Part shown: in pieces, positions 37,687-45,419 of the stretch
Layout of the letters: each line of letters starts with the position of its first letter
How positions within the stretch are numbered: position 1 is the stretch's first letter
NCBI GenBank assembly: GCA_025457615.1
Contig: JALOTZ010000005.1
Location: forward strand, 10,216-74,215
Direction: 5' to 3'
DNA from: Verrucomicrobiota bacterium
Lineage (GTDB): Bacteria; Verrucomicrobiota; Verrucomicrobiia; Limisphaerales; DSYF01
DNA length: 64,000 nucleotides
Made by a program: the position numbers and the translations under genes
The notes under the pieces: generated by a model
Databases searched by the model: none
Told to the model about the DNA's origin: nothing
The model's input: only the letters and a program-made list of their open reading frames with translations

Positions 37687-38955
37687 ATGGCCAACACAAT
37701 TCTCGTCGGCGCCCAGTGGGGCGATGAAGGCAAAGGCAAGATCATCGACGTGCTCACGGAGCAGGCGGACGTGGTCGTGCGCACGCAGGGCGGCAACAAC
37801 GCCGGCCACACCGTGTTCGTCGGCCCCCAGAAATATGTGCTGCACCTGATCCCGTCGGGCATCCTGCGCCGCGGCAAGAAGAACGTGATCGCCAACGGCG
37901 TGGTGGTGGACCCCATCGGCCTGGTCAACGAAATCAACGGCCTGCACAAGCTGAACGTCAAGACCGAGGGCCGCCTGTTCGTCAGCGAGACGGCGCACGT
38001 CGTCCTGCCCTATCACCGTGAACTCGACGCCCAACGCGAGGTGCTCAAGGGACGCCACAAGATCGGCACCACCAAGCGCGGCATCGGCCCCTGCTACGGC
38101 GACAAGGCCGCCCGGGTGGGGTTGCGGATGGTGGACCTGGTCAACCCGGAACGGTTCGAGGAGAAGTTGCGGCTCCGAATCAAGGAGAACAACGAAGTGT
38201 TGCGGGCCCTGGGCGCGAAACCCCTTTCCTTCAAGACGGTCCACCACACCTACGCCGCCGCCGCCCGGGTCCTCAAGCCCTACGTCACCAACACCGTCGT
38301 CCTGCTCCACGCATGCCTGCGGCGCGGCGAATCCCTGCTGTTCGAAGGCGCGCAAGGCACCTTCCTGGACATCGATCACGGGACCTATCCGTTTGTGACC
38401 TCGTCGAACACCTCCGCCGGCGGCGCCTGCACCGGGTCGGGCGTGCCGCCGCATCGGATGGATCGCGTGGTGGGCGTGATGAAAGCCTACACCACCCGCG
38501 TGGGCGAGGGACCGTTGCCGAGCGAGGCGGACGAGATTTCCGACCTGCTGCACGGCATGGGACGCGAGTTCGGGGCGACCACCGGGCGCCCGCGGCGCTG
38601 TGGCTGGTTCGACGCGGTGGCCACGCGGCATGCGACCATGGTCAACGGCATTGACGAACTGGCCATCACAAACATTGACGGTCTGGACACCGTGGAAACC
38701 ATCAAAGTCTGCATCGGCTACCGCGATGGCAAAGCGCGCTACGACCATGTGCCGGCGGACGACCAGGTGCTGGCCCGGGTGGAGCCGGTGTATGCCGAAT
38801 TCGAGGGCTGGCGGACGCCGCTGGACAAGGTTCGACGCTGGAAGGATCTGCCGGTCAAGACGCGGACGTACCTGCGAGCAATCTCCGAGCTCACCGGGGC
38901 GCGCCTGGGCATTGCCTCCGTGGGGCCGGCGCGTGCCCAAACCATCTTTGTGTAG
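37687..38955 (+). CDS. purA: adenylosuccinate synthase
   Basis: MANTILVGAQWGDEGKGK N-terminus, GTTKRGIGP and GATTGRPRRCGW motifs. Confidence 0.97.
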   Translation: MANTILVGAQWGDEGKGKIIDVLTEQADVVVRTQGGNNAGHTVFVGPQKYVLHLIPSGILRRGKKNVIANGVVVDPIGLVNEINGLHKLNVKTEGRLFVSETAHVVLPYHRELDAQREVLKGRHKIGTTKRGIGPCYGDKAARVGLRMVDLVNPERFEEKLRLRIKENNEVLRALGAKPLSFKTVHHTYAAAARVLKPYVTNTVVLLHACLRRGESLLFEGAQGTFLDIDHGTYPFVTSSNTSAGGACTGSGVPPHRMDRVVGVMKAYTTRVGEGPLPSEADEISDLLHGMGREFGATTGRPRRCGWFDAVATRHATMVNGIDELAITNIDGLDTVETIKVCIGYRDGKARYDHVPADDQVLARVEPVYAEFEGWRTPLDKVRRWKDLPVKTRTYLRAISELTGARLGIASVGPARAQTIFV

Positions 38956-38956
38956 G

Positions 38957-39703
38957 GTGCCGATCGTGAGCGCAACCGCCGCCCAACCCGGCGCTGAACG
39001 CCCGGCCAGCCTGCCGCGGCACGTGGCGATCATCATGGACGGCAACGGCCGCTGGGCCCGCAAACGCCATCTGCCGCGCGTCGAGGGGCACCGTGCGGGC
39101 GCCGAGTCCGCCAAGGTCATCATCCGTGCCGCCGGCGAGCTGGGCATCGAGTATCTCACCCTCTACGCGTTTTCGACGGAGAACTGGTCCCGGCCCAAGA
39201 CCGAGGTCAACACCCTGATGCGTTACCTTGTGCATTACCTCAAGCGCGAGACGCCGGACCTGAACCGGAACAACGTGCGGCTCGAGGCCATCGGCCAGAT
39301 CGAGCGCCTGCCCGAGAGTGTGCGGAAGCAACTGGAGACCTCACGCCAGACGCTTTCAATGAACACCGGGCTGACGCTGATCCTGGCCCTGAGTTACAGC
39401 GGCCGCAGTGAACTGGTCGAAGCCGTCCAGCAGATTGCCCGCAAGGTGGAAGCCCGGGAACTCAAGCCGGCCGAGATCAGCGAGCAGACCATTTCCGACC
39501 ACCTCTACACCCATCGCTGGCCCGACCCGGACCTGTTGATCCGTACCAGCGGCGAGATGCGGGTGAGCAACTTCCTCCTGTGGCAGATCAGTTACACCGA
39601 ATTCGTGGTCACCCAGACTTTGTGGCCCGAGTTCCGCCGCCCGCAACTGGTCGAGGCGCTCGAGGAATACGCCCGCCGCCATCGCCGTTACGGCGGACTG
39701 TAA
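38957..39703 (+). CDS. uppS: isoprenyl transferase (undecaprenyl-diphosphate synthase)
   Basis: HVAIIMDGNGRWA, TLYAFSTENW and RTSGEMRVSNFLLWQ. GTG start 1 nt after the purA stop (alternative GTG at 38966). Confidence 0.92.
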   Translation: MPIVSATAAQPGAERPASLPRHVAIIMDGNGRWARKRHLPRVEGHRAGAESAKVIIRAAGELGIEYLTLYAFSTENWSRPKTEVNTLMRYLVHYLKRETPDLNRNNVRLEAIGQIERLPESVRKQLETSRQTLSMNTGLTLILALSYSGRSELVEAVQQIARKVEARELKPAEISEQTISDHLYTHRWPDPDLLIRTSGEMRVSNFLLWQISYTEFVVTQTLWPEFRRPQLVEALEEYARRHRRYGGL

Positions 39704-39806
39704 GCGGACCCCGGCTCGGCAGGCCGAGGTGACGAGGCGGCCCACCCCACCCGGATCATCTCATCCCATTCGCCTGTTTGCCGCGACCGGCCGCTCGCCC
39801 GGGCGA

Positions 39807-40355
39807 TCAGGGATGTTGCACCTGGGAGCGCAGCTCCACGGGCAACAGATCCCACAATTGCGGGTGGGACTCCACCAGGCGGGCGATGTCCGCGAGATCC
39901 TTGAGGCGCTTGCTCTGCCGCTGTTCCGGAGTGCCCCATGCCTTGATCTTGCCCCGAAACGTGTCCTCCAGCGAAGCGACGCGCAGCAGCACACCATGCA
40001 CATCGGCGGGAACCGAGCGGCCGGGAAAATCCTTGAAGAAGTCCTCCGTGCTCAACTGGATGCTGATGTGGGAACGGCCCTTTAAATTGACGGACCACTG
40101 ATGTCGCTCGGCCAGGAAACCTTCCTGGGTGAGAAGCTGGACGGTGGGCTCCACCGCGTTCGTGGCAACAACCAGGTCCACATCACGCGTCACCATGGGT
40201 TCCGCCGCCCAGTGGTTCACGGCGATGCCGCCGATGGCACACCACGGGATGTCCTCGCGCTCGAGGCAGTTCACCACCCGCATCACATCATCCGTGCCCC
40301 CCCCGGTCTGCCAGTCGTAGAATTGCTTGGCCGTCATGCGCGGGAAGAGTGTCAC
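39807..40355 (-). CDS. stand-alone Pol-beta-superfamily nucleotidyltransferase-like protein
   Basis: The GG-x-A...TRDVDLVV pattern fits G[GS]x9-13Dx[DE]. Helical C-terminal half. ATG at 40337 is an alternative to GTG 40355. Confidence 0.5.
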   Translation of the reverse strand: MTLFPRMTAKQFYDWQTGGGTDDVMRVVNCLEREDIPWCAIGGIAVNHWAAEPMVTRDVDLVVATNAVEPTVQLLTQEGFLAERHQWSVNLKGRSHISIQLSTEDFFKDFPGRSVPADVHGVLLRVASLEDTFRGKIKAWGTPEQRQSKRLKDLADIARLVESHPQLWDLLPVELRSQVQHP

Positions 40356-40418
40356 TGCGGGGATTGGGCGGCCAGGGTGACCTGGGACCGGCTTCCTCCG
40401 ACCCCAATCCCCGGCGCC

Positions 40419-43400
40419 TCATCCGCCCGCCCGCCGCGCCAGCGCGGCGGCCGCTTGAGCGATCCACGTGGACTCAGGCAGCGCGTAGGGCCGGAAGGTT
40501 TCCATCCAGCCTTGGGCACCGTTCGAGAAGAGGGCGCGGTGCAGGCCGAGGTCGCCGGCTTTGGGGGAATCGATCAGCGCCGCCGAGTCGTTGGCGCTCA
40601 TCTGGAACAGCACGCGCATCTCGAACTCCGCGATGGCCTTGCGGCTGAGCAGGCGGTTGAGGTTGTTCCAGGTGTCGCAGGTGCAGAGCACGTGCAGCCC
40701 CAGGCTCGCACCGTCGATGAGCAACTGGTTGAACTGGAGGCCGGGGTTGGCCGCCGCCTTAAACTCCTCGGACGAGAAACCAAAGTCTTCTTCATACCGC
40801 AGTTTCTTGAACTTGGGCAACTCGTGCACCAGCAGGTAGATCGAAGGCGCCCCCGTGCCGTGGCCGGCGTTGGCGCGGGATTCCATTTCGGCGGCCAGGC
40901 CGGCCAGGATCTCGTCCAATTCGTGCGGCTGGGCGAGGCGGATGTCGTGCGGGACCGGCCGCACGACCCGTTCGAGGAACTGGCGCGGGGCGGACTCAGG
41001 CGGGTTGGCGTCCAGGACAATAAATCGAGCGCCCGCCCGGGACTGTTGGGCGGCGAGGGAGATGAGGGAAACCCCGAGCAAGGCCAGGGCGGCTTCACTG
41101 CGCTGGCCCACAATCAAGAGATGGTTTCCGCTTTGCCGGTGGAACACCGCTTCGGTGGGACCCTTGATCGAGTTGGGGGCGCCGAGGAAGGCACGGGGCG
41201 CACTCGTGGGCTTCAGCGTTTCCCCCTCGAGGAGGTCCCGTAGGAGCATGTTCTCCCCAACATCGGCTGGCGCGTTGCCTTCGAAGATCACCGGGCTGGG
41301 AAAGCGCTTCCCGGACTGGGCGGCGAGTTGGGCGGTGCGTGAGAGGTAATCGTCCCGCTCGCGGTCCGACAGCCAGACGATCTGGAAGGGGCTGTTGCCC
41401 TCGATCGTGCCGGCGGTGTCGTTGTAGATGGCTTCGCCCGGGCGCGTGAGCAGGCGCGGGGCGGGATTCTCCTCGTCCATGATCAGATAGGCGTCCGCCT
41501 CGTTGCACTGGAGGGCGATGCGCACCACCATCTGGCCCAGGGTGGCGCGGGCGAGGGTGTAGGCGCCGCCGAGGGTCTGCGAGCCCAACACCACGTGGAT
41601 CCCGAAGGCGCGGCCCTGGCGCACGATCCGGTCCAGCAACAGCGCCGCGCCCTGCGACACCCGGTCGTCCTCGGTGAAGAACTCCTGGAACTCGTCAATC
41701 AACAGCAACGTGCGCGGGATGGCTTCCCGGCCGCCAGCGCGTTGGTAGCCGGCGAGGTCCTGCGCGCCCAGCTTGCGGAACAGCTCGCCGCGTCGTTTGA
41801 GTTCCTCGTCCACGCGCTCGAGCACGCTCAGTCCGAACTCGCGATCGCTCTCGATGGCCACCACCCGCGCGTGGGGGAGGCGGTGCGTGGCGTAGCACTT
41901 GAACTCGACGCCCTTCTTGAAGTCCACAAGGTAAAACTCCACCTGCTCGGGGCTGCACCAGAGCGCGAGGTTGGAGATCAACACATGGAACAGGGTGGAC
42001 TTGCCGGACCCGGTTTTGCCGGCGACCAGGGCGTGCTGGCGGGTGCCCTTGCCGAGCGCGAAGTATTGCAACTTGGTGGCGCCGGTGCGTCCGATGGGCA
42101 CGCGCAATTCAGACGTGGTGTCCAGGCTCCAGAACTGATCCGGCGGCGGTATCACATCCGCGAAGGGGACCTCGACGCGATTGGAATCAATGCTGGCCTT
42201 GCCGATCCGGTGCAGGAGCGGGGTGGCCCATTCCGGAGCGGGTGGGGGGTCGAGCGTCACCGTCAGGCCGGCGATGGGTTCTCCGCCGAGCAGCACGCCG
42301 GTCCGGCCGAGGCGCAACCGTGCGCAGTGCTTGTGCATCTCCGCGGTCACGAAATCGGCGGGCAAGGCGCGCCGGGCATCGTGGTGCATGAGGGTGAACA
42401 CGCCGCAGCGCGGGCCGCTGGCGAGAATGCTTTGCAGACGGCGGGCGGCCGGGTCGCTGAAGTTGGCGGGGAAATCGGCGATGACCAGGACGTGGTATTT
42501 CTCGGCGATGCGTCCGGCCTGCGCGTTGTACTCGGCGATGGTGGCGTATTCGTTGCGCAGGTACATCTGCGCGACCTTCTCGAGGTGTTCGTTGAGCCGC
42601 CCGAGTTGTTCCTCAATCTGACTGGTTTGCGTCCAGATGCGGCCATTGATCAGGCGATCCTCGTAATCGGCCAGGTGCATGATGCCGGCGAAACTCTGGC
42701 CCAGTTCCACCGGATCCAGCAGGGTGAACTGGAGCCGGCCGGGGGGCGCCGCCGCGAGCAGGCGGATCACGACGTTGTTCAGCGCGGCAATCGAAACCTC
42801 GCGTCCCACATCGCCCGATTCGAGCACCAGAGATCCATCGCCGGGGAAGGCCAGGCAAAGCGGGATGTTGAATTCGGGAGGGCAAGGCAGGGCCAGGCGC
42901 GCGTCCTTGGGCACGGCGCCGGCGAACTTCGCCAGCTCCACCTTCGCCTGGGCGAACCGTACCGCGCCCGGAAAGGCGGCCGGGGCCGACCAGGTTTCCA
43001 TCCAGCCCGGCTGCCAGTCCGGAAACGCGGTTGCAGCCGCCGCGCTGGCCTGCTCCAATCTCTGACCCCAGTGGCGGGCTTTCTCGTTCCATTCGGCCTG
43101 GAGCGTGTTCCACTGGGTGGCGTGCGACTCATCCAAGGCCCGTTGCTGCGCCTGCTGCGCGGACTCGATCGAGCGGCGCCGGGTTTGGGCGTCCGCGCGG
43201 GCCCGGTCGAGTTGCGCCTGGAACTCGCGCTCCAAGCGGTCCAACCGGGTCTGGCGCAGGTCCCCGTTCCGGGCCAGCGCATGGGTCAAGCGCGCCTTCA
43301 ACTCGACCTCGCATTCAACGCGCTGCCCGGCGGTGGCCGTGATGGAATCGGTCCACGCCCGGTTCAACCGGGCGCCGGCCTGGGCGTACTCCTCGTCGAT

Positions 43401-44354
43401 CCGGGCCAGGATCCGCTCGTGGTTCTTGACCGAGGCTTCCCCGCAGGCGTCGAACAGTCCGCGCGCCACCTCCAGGTCCGTGACCAGTTGGCGGACGGGT
43501 GGGGCATCCAGGCGTTGTCCGAGCCGATAAAGCCCCAGCGTGATGCCAGTGGCGATGGCGAAGGAAATCCCCGCGCGCCACCAGGTGAAACCGGAGACTT
43601 CGAGTCGGGGCAGCAGCGGCACGGCCACCGTGAGCAGGATGGCCAGCAGAAGGAGGAGCAGCCAGACCGGCAGGAACCGGAAAAGCAGGGGCAGGAACGA
43701 CCGCCGGATCCGACGCAGCGCCTGCCGGGCCTCGGTCACCGCCGCGCGGTAGCGTTCCAGGATCACGTCCGCAGACAGGCCGGTCTCCGTCAGGGGCCGG
43801 GTTTGGGACTGGAGGAGCTGCCGTCGGAAGGCTGGATAGCCCGACAGGATCGAGAGGGCGCGCGCTTCGAACGCGGCCAGCGCATCCCGTTCCGAGGTCA
43901 GGAGCACGGTGAACTCCTCGAACCGCTTGCGTTCGGCTTGGAGGGCCTCATCCCGTTGCCGGGTGGCCTGCAACTGGTCGCGTTGAATCGCGAACTTCCA
44001 CTTGCCCTCGAGTGACTCGATCGACTGGAGGGCGGTGGTGCGACAACGTTCCTGGGCGCGCTTGATGTGGGTCTGGCGGAGGTCGAAGTGGCGTTCGAGG
44101 TCGCTGCGAAAGGAAAGATGCGCGGTCTTGATCTGCTGCAGGGTGGTGGAGAGCGCTTCGGAGATCGCGCCAACCTCCGATTCCAAGGTCCGGCTGATCT
44201 TGGCGGACTGGAGTCGGTAGTTGCGTTCCACGGCGGCCTCGCGCTCGCTGAAAGTGCGAACCGTGTCGGCGAACTGCCGCAGCCGGGTAAGGGCCTCGGA
44301 GACGCCCGGGAGGCTACTCACAATCGTCGCGGACTCTGTGGAGGATTCGTTCAA
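40419..44354 (-). CDS. FtsK/SpoIIIE-family ATPase, EssC/EccC-like (two TM helices, three P-loop-fold modules)
   Basis: Walker A AGKTGSGKST (nt ~41994-42020) and Walker B LLLIDEFQ (nt ~41685-41708). TM hairpin at aa ~220-276. Coiled-coil-like N-terminus and stalk. Flanking degenerate ATPase-like modules. Start is TTG 44354 or GTG ~44321. Confidence 0.85.
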   Translation of the reverse strand: MNESSTESATIVSSLPGVSEALTRLRQFADTVRTFSEREAAVERNYRLQSAKISRTLESEVGAISEALSTTLQQIKTAHLSFRSDLERHFDLRQTHIKRAQERCRTTALQSIESLEGKWKFAIQRDQLQATRQRDEALQAERKRFEEFTVLLTSERDALAAFEARALSILSGYPAFRRQLLQSQTRPLTETGLSADVILERYRAAVTEARQALRRIRRSFLPLLFRFLPVWLLLLLLAILLTVAVPLLPRLEVSGFTWWRAGISFAIATGITLGLYRLGQRLDAPPVRQLVTDLEVARGLFDACGEASVKNHERILARIDEEYAQAGARLNRAWTDSITATAGQRVECEVELKARLTHALARNGDLRQTRLDRLEREFQAQLDRARADAQTRRRSIESAQQAQQRALDESHATQWNTLQAEWNEKARHWGQRLEQASAAAATAFPDWQPGWMETWSAPAAFPGAVRFAQAKVELAKFAGAVPKDARLALPCPPEFNIPLCLAFPGDGSLVLESGDVGREVSIAALNNVVIRLLAAAPPGRLQFTLLDPVELGQSFAGIMHLADYEDRLINGRIWTQTSQIEEQLGRLNEHLEKVAQMYLRNEYATIAEYNAQAGRIAEKYHVLVIADFPANFSDPAARRLQSILASGPRCGVFTLMHHDARRALPADFVTAEMHKHCARLRLGRTGVLLGGEPIAGLTVTLDPPPAPEWATPLLHRIGKASIDSNRVEVPFADVIPPPDQFWSLDTTSELRVPIGRTGATKLQYFALGKGTRQHALVAGKTGSGKSTLFHVLISNLALWCSPEQVEFYLVDFKKGVEFKCYATHRLPHARVVAIESDREFGLSVLERVDEELKRRGELFRKLGAQDLAGYQRAGGREAIPRTLLLIDEFQEFFTEDDRVSQGAALLLDRIVRQGRAFGIHVVLGSQTLGGAYTLARATLGQMVVRIALQCNEADAYLIMDEENPAPRLLTRPGEAIYNDTAGTIEGNSPFQIVWLSDRERDDYLSRTAQLAAQSGKRFPSPVIFEGNAPADVGENMLLRDLLEGETLKPTSAPRAFLGAPNSIKGPTEAVFHRQSGNHLLIVGQRSEAALALLGVSLISLAAQQSRAGARFIVLDANPPESAPRQFLERVVRPVPHDIRLAQPHELDEILAGLAAEMESRANAGHGTGAPSIYLLVHELPKFKKLRYEEDFGFSSEEFKAAANPGLQFNQLLIDGASLGLHVLCTCDTWNNLNRLLSRKAIAEFEMRVLFQMSANDSAALIDSPKAGDLGLHRALFSNGAQGWMETFRPYALPESTWIAQAAAALARRAGG

Positions 44355-44526
44355 GGGTATCGATGTTGTTGAGGGCGTTGTTCACGCCGGCGAACAGGTC
44401 ATCCAGGTAGCGCTGCTCGAACTCGAGCGCCCGGTCGTCGCGCCAGGATTCCCGGGTCTCGCGCCAGCGGGCCGAGAGGTCGTTGGTCAACGCCGCCAGA
44501 CGGGATTTGGTTGCGCTGAGGCTCAT
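44314..44526 (-). CDS. small helical WXG100-like protein (W-R-D variant), 70 aa
   Basis: ESW-R-D-DRALEF-EQR-Y has the same W-x-[GD]-x5-F-x3-[FY] spacing as the 90-aa paralog. ATGA overlap with the upstream gene, and its 3' end overlaps the ATPase start. Confidence 0.6.
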   Translation of the reverse strand: MSLSATKSRLAALTNDLSARWRETRESWRDDRALEFEQRYLDDLFAGVNNALNNIDTLERILHRVRDDCE

Positions 44527-45047
44527 GCGGCGGATGCGGGCCCGGCATCGGCCGGAGAAGCGGCACCCGGGGATGCGCGCACTCCGGCATACTGGTGCAG
44601 GGTTTCGAGGGTCTGCCTGAGGGACGCCACCGCCTTGCCCATGTCCACGGTCAGGGTGTGGCGCAGCTTGTCCACGTGGCGCGCGAGCGGCTCGACGCGG
44701 TTATCGAACTCGCGGCTCCAACGCCGCACCTGGTCGAGTTTCTCGTTGGCCTCGTCGAGGGCGCGTCGCGCCTGGCGCACCGCTTGTTGATAGCCGTGGG
44801 GGGCTTCGGCGAGATGGCCGATGCGCGCGCTGAAGAGCTCCTGTTGCTTCATCTCGAGCACGCGGGCGCGTCGTTTGGCCTCGTTCTTCCAATGCACATG
44901 CCGGTCCGACTCGACCCAGGTGCGGGTGCGCTTCACCTCGTCGCTGATCTCGTCCACGGCGCGCCGGGCTTTCTCCAGGTAGAGGACCAGGGCGGTCTGG
45001 AAGGATTCCAGGGCCTCGAGGGAGGTGAGATGGGCGCGTTCGGCCAT
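44523..45047 (-). CDS. all-helical hypothetical protein, 174 aa (operon partner of the WXG-like proteins)
   Basis: Heptad-rich, charged sequence ending in a low-complexity Ala/Pro/Gly tail. Lies 3 nt after the upstream stop and is ATGA-coupled downstream. Confidence 0.6.
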   Translation of the reverse strand: MAERAHLTSLEALESFQTALVLYLEKARRAVDEISDEVKRTRTWVESDRHVHWKNEAKRRARVLEMKQQELFSARIGHLAEAPHGYQQAVRQARRALDEANEKLDQVRRWSREFDNRVEPLARHVDKLRHTLTVDMGKAVASLRQTLETLHQYAGVRASPGAASPADAGPASAA

Positions 45048-45050
45048 GGC

Positions 45051-45323
45051 TCAATGCTGCTTGAGGTATTCCTCGATGCGCTGGGCCTTGCGCAGCAGAT
45101 AGGGTGTGTGCTGGCTGGAGACCTCCATGAACCTCTTCAGCGCTTTCATCGTCTGACGAAACTCGTCGGCGAACTTCGCGTGTTCCTGGTCCTGCCAGGT
45201 ATCGCCCAGTGCCGCGAAGCGCGCTTGCAGCAGCGAGATGCGATTCTGGAGGTCGAGGTTGAATCGCTTGAGTTCCTCGGCAAATCGCCGGACCTCCTCC
45301 GGATCCATGATGGCTTGCGGCAT
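45051..45323 (-). CDS. WXG100-family-like protein (W-Q-D variant), 90 aa
   Basis: MDPEEVRRFAEEL N-terminus and central LGDTWQDQEHAKFADEF. The size and the predicted helix-turn-helix layout fit WXG100/EsxA-like proteins. GGAAAGGA Shine-Dalgarno-like sequence 6 nt upstream. Confidence 0.7.
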   Translation of the reverse strand: MPQAIMDPEEVRRFAEELKRFNLDLQNRISLLQARFAALGDTWQDQEHAKFADEFRQTMKALKRFMEVSSQHTPYLLRKAQRIEEYLKQH

Positions 45324-45419
45324 AGCGTTCCTTTCCCGGTTGCGGACCCGCCGGTTCTGGGAGGCCCACTCGCTGGAGACCGGCGGAAGATAGCCGCCGC
45401 CACCCGCCCCTGCCAGTCA

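Noticed and set aside
35977-39159. 1060-aa ORF on the minus strand spanning parE, purA and uppS
   Set aside because: It is extremely Arg/Pro/Gly/Ala-rich, has no motifs, and lies antisense or out of frame to three genes with unmistakable motifs. This is a typical stop-codon-poor artefact of GC-rich DNA.
41595-44015. 806-aa ORF on the + strand opposite the FtsK-like gene. Similar antisense ORFs: 19220..21787(+), 9737..11137(-), 33423..35459(+), 45461..47167(+), 51077..52885(+), 13454..14839(+), 15123..16532(+), 30722..32020(-), 32234..33583(-), 28981..30135(-), 6175..7332(-), 60742..62517(-), 60825..62207(+)
   Set aside because: All are low-complexity (R/G/P/A/H/Q/E/D/L/V-rich) mirror frames of genes whose sense-strand products carry clear catalytic motifs. 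None has a recognisable domain.
45333-45372. 8-bp inverted repeat ACCGGCGG...CCGCCGGT (+ strand order) in the leader of the 90-aa gene
   Set aside because: It is short, GC-rich and has a ~24-nt spacer, which is within chance expectation. It is noted only as context for the adjacent tandem repeat.
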